Source: the human T2T-CHM13v2.0 reference genome, Homo sapiens. From it: 64,000 bases of DNA. Where the stretch lies: NCBI RefSeq assembly GCF_009914755.1, contig NC_060928.1. One strand, given 5' to 3'. Position numbers and translations under genes: made by a program. Below, one piece after another: positions 1 through 15,669 of the stretch (positions are counted from its first letter, which is position 1; every line of letters starts with the position of its first letter). The notes under the pieces were generated by a model that saw only the letters and a program-made list of their open reading frames with translations, had not been told where the DNA came from and ran no database searches.

Positions 1-479
1 TATTTTTATTGCCATTCACATTATTTTCTTATTGTTTATTGTAACATTAAGGTTTTTCTGAGTTCCCTGTTTAAGTAAAAGATGCTTCCAGTATGATATG
101 AATTACATAAACACAATTAGCATTTACCCATTAATAATTCAAAAATAAGTATTAATGAAGGCTTAACGATTTTTATATAATGACCCATTCTTTAAATGAC
201 AGGAATTGTTAATATTTAGTGCAGAAATTTAATCAGTATAAAATTAAATGCTGTGTTAAAATTTGCTTTTTCCCAGTATATAAGTATTATATTATATTAT
301 GTTATATTTTGCTATTTTTCCTAAGTACAATAAATGCAATAAGATTTACAATGAAATAATCAGAAGATAACTATTGAAACAGCTTATTTTATTACGATAA
401 ATAGTATTGAGACAAGAAAAAAATGGGAAACTACACACACACAATACAATGTTTGGAACATTGCAAAAATTTTGGAGAA

Positions 480-2025
480 TTCAGAGTGAATTACCAAAAA
501 AAAAAAAGGCAGAGGAAAACACTTCAGAGCTATTAATTTTAGCAGAATATAGTACAAATCGTCACTGATGGAATGGCACATGAAATTATCTCCCACTTCC
601 ATGTCAATGACTACTGACCTTCAAGAAAATCTAGCAGACAAAACAAGTTCTGAAGAATCATCAAATGAAATGTGTTCCCTTACAATCTCAGAAGGTGGAC
701 GTATTTTTAAATATTCAGCAATGAGCCACTCTGCTGAAAATTTTGCATCTTATATAAGAAAGTTTAAATTTACAAAAGACAGACAAGGAAGGAAGTTTGA
801 GGGTGGTTATTTTATTCTGATATTTTTCAGATGAAAAAACTCATATGTTCTCCGCATACAAAGGGTCTTATATTTGTTTTCAATTTCTTCAGGGATAAAA
901 AACATAAACCATTACTTAAGAATGAGCAATAATCAGTCATGAGCAATGAGGAAACGTGAATAAAATAAACTGGACAGCAATCACAGTGTTAGATATTTAT
1001 AATTAAAGTCTGATTTGGAAAAACCAGTAACTACTTTTGTTGAAGAATAGAGACTAAATGAAGATATGGCATGTTGTTGTTGAACACATAATATACATAA
1101 TTTTGATTTTGGCAAGGCAAATGTGTTCAGAAGATCATCCAAGAAAGTTTATGAGAGCGATAATGGAAATTTTCTGCATTTGGCAGAGACCATAGTAAAA
1201 CTTGATAATATTGTGAAAGAATATTTATTCAGACTACAAACATTGGCATCAAGTAATGTGACACATCATTTAAGAAACTATATACAAAACTGAAGAGACA
1301 TTGCAGAAATGAGTCAAGTCATTTTGAATAAAAGAAATGCTAAATGTTATTCAAATTTCAAATTATTTTGGATACAGCTTATGGTGTAAGTTTGGTATAA
1401 CAAATTATAAATATTATGAATCTGATAATTCAAATGTTTCAATACCTTAAAATAAATATTTCTGAGAAAATTTTCCAGGAGATGAAACAATAAGATACAA
1501 TTTTGATGGATTCTTAAAATTCAAAATCTAGAAAGAAAATAATTCAAAGATTTGGAAGATGTCATAGTTCCCACAGATATACACAGAAAGCAACACATTT
1601 CAGTAGAAGGTACATAAAAGACAATTCTAAGGAATTCCAAATTTTAAAATTTGCTCTCCTATCTCTAATTATGAATACTTTAGAATAGAGAAAAACTTTC
1701 TTTGGCTATCATTGATCTTTTTTTGTAAGGTTTAAAATCTAAATAACTTATCTTTACTTCATCAAACTTTAGATGATATTGATAATTTATCAACCATAAA
1801 CATGAAATAAAGCATTATCAATAGTTAATGGGAAAGTTAAATTAAGGCCTTCATATCACTAAAATCTCAAAACTGTCATGCAAAACATTTACAGATTTCT
1901 TAATAGTAACATATCATCATAATAAATATATAAATTCTAGAATGCTAGAAAATAGCATACTTTCCAAAATATCTGCTTTTAAATTTATTTCCTAACTATG
2001 CATGCTGTACTAAATAAAATTAACA
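480..2025 (+). mobile_element. Decayed hAT-Tip100 (Zaphod-like) DNA transposase, N-terminal and central part
   Basis: Manual translation across frameshifts gives FTKDRQGRKF (768-797), then WHVVVEHIIYIILILARQ / VFRRSSKKVYESDNGNFLHLAETIVKLDNIVKEYLFR...HHLRNYIQN (~1067-1290) and LS..WES*IKAF (~1815-1850). These match ZMYM1/Zaphod-type motifs LAxQxxxFRGxxxxxxxxNNGNFL, YLSxxIQN and LSxTRWES. Confidence 0.7.
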
Positions 2026-2033
2026 TTTTAGGG

Positions 2034-2235
2034 CAGGAGTCTGCAAACTTTTTTCATAAAGGGCAAATAACTAACTATCTTAGGATTTGCAGGCCACTCC
2101 ATTGCACTGAATATTCTTCTTCATTTGCATGTATTTATGTGCACAAGTGTGTGCTTGTGTGTGTGTTTACAATCCTTTAAAAACAGAAAAAGCATTGTTA
2201 GCTCAAGGGCCATACAAAAGCAGGCCACAGTCTCT
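2034..2235. mobile_element. MER58-like hAT-Charlie MITE
   Basis: caggagtctgcaaacttttttcataaagggcaaata...ttaggatttgcaggcca resembles the MER58 terminus; aaaagcattgttagctcaagggccatacaaaagcaggcc resembles its other end. Confidence 0.7.
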
Positions 2236-2254
2236 AGTTTCTGTTCCAAGAGTT

Positions 2255-2440
2255 TTGTTGTCTAATACAGTAGCCACTAGCCACGTGTAAATTTAAATTT
2301 AAGTAGTTAAAATTAAATCAAATTTTAAATTCTCAGCTTCTTAATAATTACAATTACTCAGTCACATGTTGCTAGTAACTATCATCCTGAACACCATACA
2401 TAGAAAGCATTTCCAGAAAGTGCTATCAGACAACACTGTT
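2255..2440. mobile_element. MER3/MER33-like hAT MITE
   Basis: tgtctaatacagtagccactagccacgtg...aaatttaaatttaag...cagaaagtgctatcagacaacactg follows the MER3 pattern. Confidence 0.75.
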
Positions 2441-2627
2441 GTAGAGAAAAAAATACACAAGAAACAAATGTGTGTGTGTGTATGCATACCATTTAAATTA
2501 GGAAAAATAAAAGAATGGCTAGATCTCTTAACATTGATGCTAACTTATCCCAAGTAGAAAATTCCAAAACTAAGAAGACATAATTGACTATGAATTCTAT
2601 TGTTAGCCCATCTTTTATACAGAGTTA

Positions 2628-3053
<426 letters not shown>

Positions 3054-3104
3054 TCAAGGCTTATCCCTTTTTAATGGAAATACAAGTTACCTAGGAACAT
3101 TTTA

Positions 3105-3290
3105 AAAGGTGGATTTGGCTTCATTAGATCTGAATTGGGCTGTAAATTCTGCATTTCTAGTAAGTACTTAAACCTGAATCTCTTTCCAATGAATAAAGAT
3201 CAATAAGAATATAAAATAAAACTACCCATATTCCATAGCACAATTGTGAGATAATTATAAAACATTCAATAACATGTAATGAACATGTAA
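3105..3290 (+). mobile_element. MIR fragment
   Basis: Degenerate MIR core and 3' part (ctacccatattccatagcacaattgtgagataatt). Confidence 0.45.
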
Positions 3291-3314
3291 ATAAACACTT
3301 AAAATCAACATTGA

Positions 3315-3606
3315 AGCTGGGCACGGTGGCTCACATCTGTAATCCCAGCACTTTGGGAGGCCAAGGCAGGCAGATCACTTGCGGTCAGGAGTTCAAGACT
3401 AGCCTGGCCAATGTGGAGAAACTCCATCTCTCCTAAAAATACAAAAATTAGGTGGGCATGATGGTGGGCACCTGTAATCTCAGCTACTCAGGAGGCTGAG
3501 GCCGGAGAATTACCTCAACCTGGGAGGTGGAGGTTGCAGTGAGCCGAGATCCACCACTGCACTCCAGCCTGGGTGACAGAGCAAGACTCCATCTCAAAAC
3601 AACAAC
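3315..3606 (+). mobile_element. AluS
   Basis: Full dimer; TSD aaaatcaacattga (3301-3314) / aaaatcagcactga (3608-3621). Confidence 0.95.
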
Positions 3607-3649
3607 AAAAATCAGCACTGATAGTTATAAATCTATTCAGAGGTAAATT

Positions 3650-5804
3650 AAAAAACACATGAGTGAGATCAGTGAAGTGATTTTTATTAATGATAGAATA
3701 CAGATAACATCAATTAGTGCTCATAATTGTAAGTATAGAAAAAGAAAGTTTAAGCAAAGAGATAAAAAGGAACAAACAACCCAAAATGCATATAATTGAA
3801 GTCACTCAAAAAGTCACTAACAAAAAAACATAAAATGGAAAAGACATATTATTTTAAATAAATACTTCAGTCAAATATTCCAGAAACTAAAAACAAATAT
3901 TTTTATATGGAAAACATTAACTTGTACTTTGGAAAACAGTAAACCCCAAGACAGAACTTAATATTCTATTAAAACTATTAGATTTTGGGGATTACAAAAA
4001 ATCTTATGGGCATACAGCAAAAAGAAATTATTAACAAAAAAATTAAAACTGACCACAGATTTCCTAATAGAAACATACAAAGTTAAAAGAAAGTGGAAAA
4101 AGATATAAATATATATTTATAAAGATATTATTTGTATAAACATATAAATAAACTGCAAAGTTTGATAAATATCAAAAGAAATACAAAATAGAACAAGGAG
4201 AAAATCTAATATAGAAAACAGTAATATATAATATAATACACCCATTTAAGCTTATAAGACAAAGCTCAGACCAAATATATGATATCAGTCAGATAAATGT
4301 CCAGTTTAATATATCTTTTTTCACAAAATAAAATTCAATTCTGTTCTCAATACAGGAGCCATAGCTAAACAATATTGATTAAGAAAAGCAAAATATAAAT
4401 ATGTGTGAAGGTATTACAGTAAATGCAAATCAAATTAAATGCTAAACAAACATAGTAGCTTTCAATTCTGAAATAAGAAAGTAAAATTCAGGTCCAAAAA
4501 CACTAAAACAGGTAACAACAATTTATAAAGCTGAAAGAAAAAGTCACAATAAAGATATAAGAGTTATAAGTATCCAAATAATATAACACCACAACTACCA
4601 TTAAAAATTACAAACTCAAGTAGATATGAGAATAAATTGAATGAAAAAAATATAATACGGGACTCTCCCACCAAGAAACAAGTGGGAAAAATTTATTAAA
4701 ATATATAAGGATAAAGATAACCTAAACAACATAATACATTAAGGTTTTTTGCATACCAAAAATGGAAGGCACATCTTCTTCAAATAAGTGAGAATTGACT
4801 ACACATTAGACCCTAAAAAACCCTTAGTAAATATCCTAAAGTATGAATGAAACACAGTATTCCCCAGTCACAATGCAATAAAACTAAAACTTAATACAAA
4901 GCTTATTAAAGTTTCTTTCTTCCTCAAATTTTAAAAATTTCTTTTGTACAATTCTAGATTTGAAGGGATAATTAAAATCAAAATTAAAATATCTCAAAAA
5001 ATAATGATAATGAAAACTTAGACTGTCAGAATCTATAGGATTATATAGTATAAGCAATAATCAAAAGAAATACAAATAATAAATACAAATAAAGAAATAC
5101 AAATAATAAATACAAAGGTCAATATAAATGAAAAAAATAAAAATAAATGAGTCAAATATTAAATCAAAAAGCTAGGAGATAAACCAAAAGAAAGCAAAAG
5201 AAATAAAAAGTAAAGATAACACAAAAATTGAGGTTAAAAATTTTAAAGATTAATAATTATGTTTGGTGACAATTAATAAAAACATGAGCCAAACTAATAC
5301 ATAAAATAAATAAATCAAAATGACACCAACTGAGAATTAACAAAAGTGGAATAACTTTTGAATCGTTGAAACTAATAATGTTTTAAAAATCCTAAGGCTT
5401 TTTGCACAAGTTTATGCAAATAAATTTGAAACTAAGGCTAAAGCAGGTAATTTTATAGAAAAATACAATTTACAAAAGTTGTCCACAGCAGAGAAAAAAG
5501 CTTAAAATGGATCAATTTTCAAAAAGAAAATATAAAAAGTTATAAAATAAATACCATGCACAAAAGAACAAGAATCAGATTTTTTCACAAATGAAATCAA
5601 TCATTCATAGACCTAATAATGCCAATAGTATTTAAATTGTTCCTGATAACACATAAAAGATCACTTATACATTATTTTTATGAAGTGAATATATAACAGA
5701 TAACTAAATTTGATTAAACTGCACTATTAAAAAAACTACAGATCAACCTGATATATTCAGTTATAAAAAATCATAAATAAAATATTATCAAATAGAACTT
5801 AACT
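3650..5804 (+). mobile_element. Old, highly diverged L1 (L1M/L1ME class): end of ORF1 to start of RT; continues at 10805-11070 and ~13120-14470
   Basis: A-rich degenerate ORF2-like sequence (cagtcacaatgcaataaaactaaaac; tatgcaaataaatttgaa; aaaactacagatcaacctgat). The RT region resumes collinearly after each insertion. Confidence 0.75.
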
Positions 5805-6985
5805 CACACAAAGCTGAAAATCAAGGGATAGATACAGATATTCTATGCCAATGGAAACCAAAAGAGAGCAGGAGTCGCTACACTTAGACAAAACAGACTT
5901 CAAGACAAAACTGTAAGAAGAGACAAAAAGAGGTCACTATATAATGACAAAGTGTCCAACTCAGCAAGATAATCTAACAATTTTCAATATACATGCACCC
6001 AACACTGGAGCACCCAGATACATAAAGGAAGTATTATTAGAGCTAAAGAGAGAGATAGGGCCCAATACATTAATAGCTGGCAACTTCAACAACCCACTTT
6101 CTGCACTGACCGGATCTTCCAGGTAGAAAATCAACAGAGAAATATCAGATTTAATCTGCACTATAGACTAAATGGATCTAATAGATATTTACAGAACATT
6201 TCATCCAAGAACTGCAGAATACACATTCTTTTCCTCAGCACGTGGATCATTCTTAAGGACTGACTATACATTAAGTCACAAAATGAGTCAAAACATACCA
6301 AAAAATGGAAATAATATCAAGCATCCTCTCTTACCACAACTGAATAAAACTAGAAATTAATAACAGGAGGAATTTAGAAAATGATGCAAATACATGGAAA
6401 TTAAACAATATGCTCCCGAATGACCAGTGGGTCAATAAAGATATTAAGAAGGAAATAAAACATTTTCTTAAAACAAGTGATGATGAAAACACAACATACC
6501 AAAACCTATGAGATATAGCAAAAGTAGTACTAAGAGGGAAGTTGATAGCTATAAGTGCCTAGATCAAAAAAGAGAAAAAAACTTTAAATAATCTAATGAT
6601 GCATTTTGAATAACTAGAAAACAAGAGCAAACCAAACCCAAAATTAGTAGAAGAAAAGAAATAATAAAGATCAGAACAGAAATAAATAAATTTGAAATAA
6701 AGGAAATAAAAAATATCAAGGAAACAAAAAGTTGTTTTTTTGAAAAGTTAAAAGAAATTTACAAACCTTTAGCCAGTTGAAGAAAAAAGAGATAAGATTG
6801 AAATAAAATCAGAAATAAAAAAGGAGATATTACAAGTGATACTTCAGAAGCTGAAAGGATCGTTTGTGGCTACTATGAGCAATTATCTGCCAAAAATTGG
6901 AAAATCTAGAAGAAATGGACAAATTTCTAGATGCATACAACCTACCAAGATTGAACCAGGAAAAAATCCAAAACCTGAACAGACC

Positions 6986-7358
6986 TGTATTCTCCATTCT
7001 CACGCTGCTATAAAGAACTGCCCAAGACTGGGTAATTTATAAAGGAAAGAGGTTTAATTGACTGATAGTTCTGCATGGCTGAAGAGGACTCAGGAAACTT
7101 ACAATCATGGTGGAAGGGGAAGAAAACACGTCCTTCTTCACAAGGCAGCAAGAGAGAGATGTGCTGAGCAAAGGGGGAAAAAACCCTTACAAAACCATCA
7201 GATCTCATGAGAACTCACTCACTGTCATGAGAACAGCATGGGGGAATCCACCCCCATGATTCAATTACCTCCCACCAGGTCCCTCCCATGACATGTGAGG
7301 ATTATGGGAAGCACAATTAAAGATGAGATTTGGGTGGGGCCACAGCCAAACCATATCA
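6986..7358 (-). mobile_element. THE1 (THE1C-like) MaLR solo LTR inside the L1MA
   Basis: tgtattctccattctcacgctgctataaagaactgcc...cacagccaaaccatatca is the reverse complement of THE1; L1 ORF2 resumes after it. Confidence 0.92.
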
Positions 7359-7912
7359 AACCAGTAACCAGTAACAAGATCAAAACTCTAGTAAAAAGTC
7401 TCCTAGAAAGAAAAGCGCAGGATCTGTTGGCCTCACTGTTGAATTCCATCAAAAATTCAAAGAAGAACTAATATCAACCCCACTCCAGCTATTCAAAAAC
7501 TAGAGAAGGAGAGATTACTTCCAAATTCACTCTACAACATCAGTATTATCCTGATATCAAAACTAGACAAAGACATATTAAAAAAAATGAAACTACAGGC
7601 CAATATCTCTGATGAATATTGATGCAAAAATCATTAACAAAATACTAGCAAACTGAAATCACCAATACATTAGGAAGATATTCATCATGACCAAGTGGGA
7701 TTTATCCCAGGGATGCAAGTATGGTTCAACATACACAAATCAATCAATGTGATACACCATGCCAACAGAATGAAGGACAAAAACCATATGACCATTTTAA
7801 TCGATGCTGAAAAAGCATTTAATAAAATTCAACATCCCTCCATAATAAGAACCCTAAAAAAACTGGGGATAAAAGGAACATGCCTCAACATAATGAAAGC
7901 TATTTATGACAG

Positions 7913-8496
7913 TGATACAAGAGTTAAGAAACATTTACTTAGCCAGATAGTGAGGATACGGAAGTCCTCAGTAAGATTTTCCTTTTAATGAAAAGCAGCC
8001 CCAACTTATTTTCCTTTCTAACTAAGAGTAGCCTGTAAATTCAAGCTGCAGACATAGATATTGGCATTTGTGCCAATAATGTTCAAGATGGCGGCTCCAT
8101 CTTTCCTTCTCTTTGTCAGCCGCATGTACAGTAAGGAGCATATAAGATAGTGCTGATCAACTGGAAAGCCCATTTGTATAATAAGATTAGGGTGGGGAGG
8201 CCAGCCTTCCTGCATGCTATGTAAACATCATACCTGATAGAACCAATCTATGAGCCCTATATAAATCAGACACTGCTTCCTCAAACCTGACTGCAAAACC
8301 TGTCGCATCCACTGCCCACCAGTCTTTTCTGCTGGGAGACCCCTCTCTCTCTCTAGAGAGAGCTGTTTCTCTTTCTCTTCACTTCTGCCTGTTTAATCTC
8401 TGCCCCTAAACTTCTTGTGTGTGTTCGTGTCCTAAATTTTCCTGGCTCAAGATGATGAACCCCAGGGCATATACCCCAGACAACATAGCCTCTTCA
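7913..8496 (+). mobile_element. ERV1 (MER4-group; MER50/MER83/84-like) solo LTR inside the L1MA
   Basis: TG...CA termini, perfect 4-bp TSD acag (7909-7912 / 8497-8500), TATA-like ctatataaa near 8257; subfamily uncertain. Confidence 0.85.
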
Positions 8497-10804
8497 ACAG
8501 ACCTACAGCAAGTATCGTACTGAGTAGTGAAAAACTGAAAGCCTTTCCTCTAACATCTGGAACACGACAAGGATGCCCACTATCACCACCGTTATTCATC
8601 AAAGTACTGGAAGTGTTAGCTAGAGTAATCAGACAAGAAAGCAATTCAAGAAATTCAAGAATTTCAAGAAAGAAATAAAGGGCATCCAAACTGGAAAGGA
8701 AGAAGTCAAATTATCCTTGTTTTCAGATGATATGATCTTATATTTGGGAAAACCTTAAGACTCCACAAGAAAACTATTAGAACTCGTAAGCAAATTCATT
8801 AAAGTTGTAGGATACAAAATGAACATAGAAAAACCAGTAGCCTTTCTATATGCCAACAGTGAATAATGTGAAAATGAAATTTTAAAAAGTAATCCAATTT
8901 ACAATAGCCACACACAAAATTAAGTACCTAGGAATTAACCAAATAAGTAAAAGACCTCTATAATGAAAACTGTAAAACACTGATGAAAGCAGTTGAAGAG
9001 GACCCCAAAAGATGGAAAAATACTCCACGTTTAAGGATTAGAAAAATAAATATTGTTAAAATACCCATACTACCGAAAGCAATCTATAGATTCAATGCAA
9101 TCTCTACCACTGACATTCTTCACAGAAATAAAAATTTAAAATCCTAAAATTTATATGGAACCATAAAAGACCCAGAATACCCAAAGCTATCCTAAGCAAA
9201 AAGAACAAAACTGGTTTAATCACATTACCTGATTTGAAATTGTACTGCAAAGCTATAGTAACCAAGCAGCATGGTGCTAGCATAAAAACAGACATATAGA
9301 CCAATGGAACAGAATCGAGTATGCAGAAACAAATCTACACACCACAGTGAACTCATTTTTGACAAAGATGCCAAGAACATACACTGGGGAAAAGACAGTC
9401 TCTTCAATAAGTGGTTCTGGAAAAACTGGATATTCATATGCAGAAGAAGAAAACTAGACCCCTAGCTTTTGCCATATATAAAAATCAAATCATAGTTTCA
9501 TATTGGGGAAAATCTCCAGGACATTGATCTGGGCAGAGATTTCTTGAGAAATACCTCACTAGCATAGGCAAACAAAGCAAAAATGGACAAATGGGGTCAC
9601 ATCAAGTTAAAAAGCTTCCACACAGCAAAGGAAACAATCAACAAAGTGAAGAGACAATCCATAGAATGGAAGGAAATATTTGCAAACTATGCATCTGACA
9701 AAGGATTAATAACAGAATATACAAGGAACTCAATCAACTCTACAGGAAAAAAATTGTAATAATCTGATCAAAAATGGGCAAAAGATTTGAATAGATATTT
9801 CTCAAAAGAAGACATACAGATGACAAACAGGCATATGAAAAAGCGCTCAACATCACTGATCATAAGTGAAGTGCAAATCAGAATTACAATGAAATATAAT
9901 TTAATTACAATGAAATATAATTTAAATATAAGCCACTTAAAATGGCTTATATTCAAAGACAGTCAATAACAAATGCTGGTGAGGATGTGGAGAAAAGGGA
10001 ACCTTGGCACACTGTTGGTGGGAATGTAAATTAGTACAACCACTATGGAGAACACTTTGGATATTCCTCAAAAAACTAAAAATTGAGCTGCTATAGGATC
10101 CAGCAATCCCACTGCTGGGTATACACCCAAAAGAAAGAAAATCAGCATGTGGAAGAGATATCTGCACTCATGTTTGCTGCAGCAGTGTTTATAATAGCTA
10201 AGATTCTGAAGCAACATAAGTGTCCATCGACAGACAAATGGATAAAGAAAATGTGTTACATATACACAACGGAGTACTATTCTGCCATAAAAATAATGAG
10301 ATCCAGTCATTTACAACAACATGGTTGGAAATGGAGATCATTATCTTAAGTGAAATAAGCCAGGCACAAAAAGGCAAACATTGCATGTTCTCACTTGTTT
10401 GTGGGATCTAAAAATCAAAACAATTGAACCCATGGACACAGAGAGTAGAAGGATTGTTACCAATGCCAGGAAGGATAGTGGAGGGTGGAGGGTAAGTGGG
10501 GACAGTTAGTGTGCACTTTAAAAAAAGAATATATACAAAGAATGAATAAGACCTACTATTTGATAGCACAATAGGGTAACTATAGTCAATAACATAATTA
10601 TATATTTTAAAATAACTTAGAGTATAATCGGATTGTTTGTAACTCAAAGGACAAATGCTTGAGGGGATGGAGACCCCATTCTCCATGATGTGCTTATTTC
10701 GTATTGCATGCCTGTATTACATGTGCCCCATAAATATATAGACCTACTATGTACTCACCCACAAAAATTAAAAATAAAAATAAATTTTAAAATAGAATTC
10801 AACT

Positions 10805-11070
10805 GAATGATAAAAAACTTAAAACATCATTACAAAGGTGGGAGTTTATTCCAGTAAAGTGAGAGAATGCCTCAATATCAGGAAATTGACTACAAAATTT
10901 ATTAGGTAAATATACTTATGGAGAAAACTTTCATGATCATCTCCATAAGTTCTGAAAATTTTTGTCATTTAACATTCATTCTTAATAAAAACATTATGAA
11001 TAGGACTCAATGAATAAATACTTAACATAATAAAATATATACATTTCACCCAAAAGTCATTGCACCTCCC
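10805..11070 (+). mobile_element. Old L1 continuation (RT region)
   Basis: catcattacaaaggtgggagtttattccag...tcaatatcaggaaatt corresponds to HHDQVGFIP...FNIRKS. Confidence 0.7.
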
Positions 11071-11346
11071 ACTCTGCATTGGAAGTTTAGAATAGCAATC
11101 AAGCACATGAGACACAATATACTTCATTGAGGACCAAGTTTAAGTTAAGAAAGAATGTAAAATAGGAAATCCAAAATGTACATCAAGAGATCTTATGAAT
11201 TCCAGGCCACAACTTCTGGTATCCAAAATCACTCCTGAAATGATTATTATTTACATATATACAATTCCAACTGCCTGGTACAAAGTGTTCAACTCAGTAC
11301 ATAGTAACCTTATGATAAGCTCACATTTGCGTTGGATCTGCTATAC

Positions 11347-11679
11347 CAGGGATCCCCAACCCCTCAGCTGTGGACCAGTACCAGCCTGTGGCCTTTAAGA
11401 ACTGAGCTGCACAGCAGGAAGTGAGCAGCAGACAAGTCAGCATTACTGTCTGAGCTCCGCCTCCTGTCAGATCAGCAGGGCATTAGATTCTTATAGGAGC
11501 ACAAACCCTGTTGTGAACTGCATATGCAAGGGATCTAGGTTGTGCAGTCCTTATGAGAATCTAATACCTGGTGATCTGAGGTGAAACAGTTTCATCCCAA
11601 AACCATCCCTGCCCCATTCTGTGGAAAAACTGTCTTCCACGGGACTGGTCCCTGGTGTCAAAAAGTTTGAAGACCACTG
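11347..11679. mobile_element. MER1B hAT-Charlie MITE
   Basis: Termini cagggatccccaacc / agtttgaagaccactg; 8-bp TSD tgctatac (11339-11346) / tgttatac (11680-11687). Confidence 0.92.
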
Positions 11680-11808
11680 TGTTATACACCTATGTTCCCT
11701 GAGTTAATGTTGTAAGTTTGAAGAAGATCAAGTCTCAGTCATTCCTGGGGTCAAACGACTAAGGTTCCAGTCTTCATCCTTTAATTGTAAGCAGTATCAT
11801 AGTTAATA

Positions 11809-12175
11809 ATGCTAAGGTCTGGATGCTTTTGTCCTTCCAAAATTCGTACATTGAAATCTAATTACCAATGTGATGGTATCAGAGAGTGAGACATTTAGGA
11901 GGTTATTAGATCCTGAGGGCAGAGCCCTCATGAATGAGATTAATGATGTTATAAAATAGACCCAAGGGAGTTATGTCTTCCCTTCCACCATGTGAGGACA
12001 CCGTGAGAGAGAGACATTTATGAACCAGAAAGTAGGTCCTCATCAGACACCGAATCTTCCAGTGCTCAATATTGGATGTCCCAGTCTCCAGAACTGTGAG
12101 GAAAAGAAATTCCTTTTGTTGATAAGTCACTCACTTTATGGTATTTAGTTAAAACAACCCAAATGAACAGAAATA
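11809..12175 (+). mobile_element. MLT1A0-like MaLR LTR
   Basis: gagggcagagccctcatgaatgagattaat...ccatgtgaggacac...ctccagaactgtgag are MLT1A motifs. Confidence 0.85.
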
Positions 12176-13100
<925 letters not shown>

Positions 13101-13119
13101 AGAGCAACACAATGGTGCT

Positions 13120-14470
13120 CACTATGTTCACTTGTGTTAGATTTATTAGCCAAAGCAGTCACATAAAAGAATTAGATATATGAGCATTGAAAAAAGGGGA
13201 AAATTATATTTCCAGATGATAAAATGTATTACATGGCATATTCAAGAGCTGAAACAATGCGGAACCAAATGTTAAACCAAAAAATGTAGTAAACTAGAAA
13301 AATAAAAAACTGACATTCAAGAATTGAAGATATATCATGAGAGGGAATAACTCACTTATTATAGAAGTGATGAGAACAATAAAATGATCAAAGAATTAGG
13401 AATAAATTTATCAAAAAATTATGTGAAGAAAGCTTCAAAATATTTATGAAAGATGCAAAGTAAACAATAAACATAAAACAATAATTTTAATCCAAGGTAA
13501 GACAGAAATTTTAAATTATTCCCCCAACATGCTAAAGTATTTTCCTTCTAAACTCTAACAGGTTGATACTAAAGTACAAGTGGCAGACACAACAATGGAG
13601 AATTAGTGAGCACCTCCTGAAAAAGAAAAAAAAATGAAGGGGGCTTAGCCCCAGCAAACAGTAAAACATAATATAATGCCTCTGTAGATAAAATAGGATA
13701 GTACTGGCTCATGAATAGACATAGAGTAGAAATTCAAGAATTAGACTCATCAATATAATTCTGAAGAATATGAATTTTTAAAACAAAAATGTGAGGATAA
13801 ATGTGTAGCTATTTGGAAATCAATTAAAATTGGATCTATGTCTAACACCACAGACCAGAATTACTTTAAGAACATCAGATATCAAATCTAAAAAATAAGA
13901 GAATGAATACACAAGAAGAAAACATGGATTAATTCCTTATAATATGGAGGTATTTTTTAATGACAGAAAATCCAGTAGCAATAAAAGAAAATGCACACAT
14001 AATCACCTGTATATTTAAAATACAGATTTTATAACATATTTTTAAAATGACAAAAATTCAACATGCAAATTCAAAAGATAAAACTGAAAAGCTCTCAGAA
14101 AACAGTTATTAATATTCACAATGCTCTTAAAAATTAAGAAGAAAAAAGACTTAAAATCCCACAGAAATGGCCAAATATATGAACAGAGAATTCATAAAAG
14201 AAGATACACAAATGACCCTTATACTTATGAAATGATGCTCATGAACTCATAATGAAAAAAAAAGTAACAATACCTTGAGATACTATTTCTCATCTATCAG
14301 GTTGGCAAAATTTTTTTAAATATTGAGAAGAAATATTGGCAAGTTTTATGTTGTAAGGAAACAATGTTTATATACACATATATTGCTGGTGAGAAACTCC
14401 AAAATTATTAATGGATTTACCCATTGACTCAGCACTCCCACTCTATGCTGAAGATGTCCTTCTGCAAACA
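13120..14470 (+). mobile_element. Old L1 continuation (RT to ORF2 C-terminus)
   Basis: ttagccaaagcagtc...tttccagatgat (FADD-like); atggccaaatatatgaacagagaattcataaaagaagatacacaaatg. Confidence 0.75.
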
Positions 14471-15456
14471 TGAAATAACATGAACAATCTGCTATAATCT
14501 GCTTCTCCCTGTGGTCTTCTCATTCTACTGGGCACCAAAAGCCAGCATTGGATTATCTGCATTACAAAGCCACACTGGTCATCTCACTCAGACTCCAATA
14601 CCTCCTACTAAGCCAACACCCCAAGAGGTAGGCTCCCTCTTTACTCTTCTTGAGCTCTATTTAACAACTGTTCTGTTGTCCAGCAGCTCCAACTCCCTTC
14701 CCTACCACCCATACAAGTGCCTACCTGGTTCATCCCACCTAATGGCTTCTGAATCAGATTGCTTATGAAAGTGAAGTCAAGGAAGAAGATAAACAGTACA
14801 GGTTTTGATTTGTGAATACCTCTCCTTGGAGAAATGATGGAGAAGCTGAAAGTGTTATTTTAGCAAAAGATAAGTTCATCTAGAACTGTGGATTTTTGTG
14901 TGGCTTTTCTCCTGTTGTAGAATAATGATTAAGAAGGAGGAAGAAGGAATTTTCATCACCTCAAATGCGATTTGTCGTTCGGAAATATGATCTCATAATT
15001 ATAACTCTAACTTATTTTAGAACTTATTAAGGCAATTTTATAGTGGCTTGGTAATAATCTTTAAGAAAATGTTTAATTTGAAGAACTGATTAAGAAAATT
15101 GAATTAACATAATATTTTATTAATGTAAATTTGTATTTTCCTATTCTATGTGGCTACAGTTAAGCAAAAACAGAAATTTGAGACCTTCCAATTTTAATGC
15201 TGGAGTGAATTATTTGAGAATAAATTATCAAAAGGGATGGCATAGTCTCAGAGAATTAATCATTGAAGTATATTGCTAAGCATTTCAAGCTATATATATT
15301 ATTTTTTGAATTAGTTGATTATATGATTTTCTCATGTAAAACAGAAAGTATTGCCTCAGTGTAGATTGTTTCCCATAGTTTATTCCATAGCAGTGAGTAC
15401 AATCAAGTGTGGAATTTTTTTAGTAATATTGTTCTAAATAAATTTTGCTGAACAAT

Positions 15457-15669
15457 ATGGACACATGCCAGGGAACAACATACACTGGGACCTATTGTGG
15501 TTGGGGGAGGGAGAGCATAAGGAAGAATAGCTAATGGATCCTGGGCTTAATAACCTAGGGAATGGGTTGACCTGTGCAGCAAACCACCATGGAACACATT
15601 TACCTATGTAACAAACCTGCACATCCTACGCATATAAACCAGAACTTAAAATTTGAAAACAAGAAAAGA
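15457..15669 (+). mobile_element. Short 3' fragment of L1PA13-16-like element
   Basis: gcagcaaaccaccatggaacacatttacctatgtaacaaacctgcacatcc; probable TSD aaattttgctgaacaat (15440-15456) / aaattgtcctaaacaat (15670-15686). Confidence 0.88.

Larger units (their letters stand above)
5805..10790 (+). mobile_element. 5'-truncated L1MA1/L1MA2-like element (ORF2 to 3'UTR), interrupted by two LTRs
   Basis: ORF track fragments ([14 protein letters not shown]; [21 protein letters not shown]; [11 protein letters not shown]); L1MA-type 3'UTR; TSD aatagaacttaact (5791-5804) / aatagaattcaact (10791-10804). Confidence 0.9.

Noticed and set aside
9881-9925. Tandem duplication aattacaatgaaatataattt x2 (also repeats at ~8643-8670)
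   Set aside because: Local slippage duplications inside a dead L1; no spacers, so not a CRISPR-like array.
5791-10804. TSD copies exactly 5000 bp apart
   Set aside because: Numerical coincidence; the interval includes two later LTR insertions and internal deletions.
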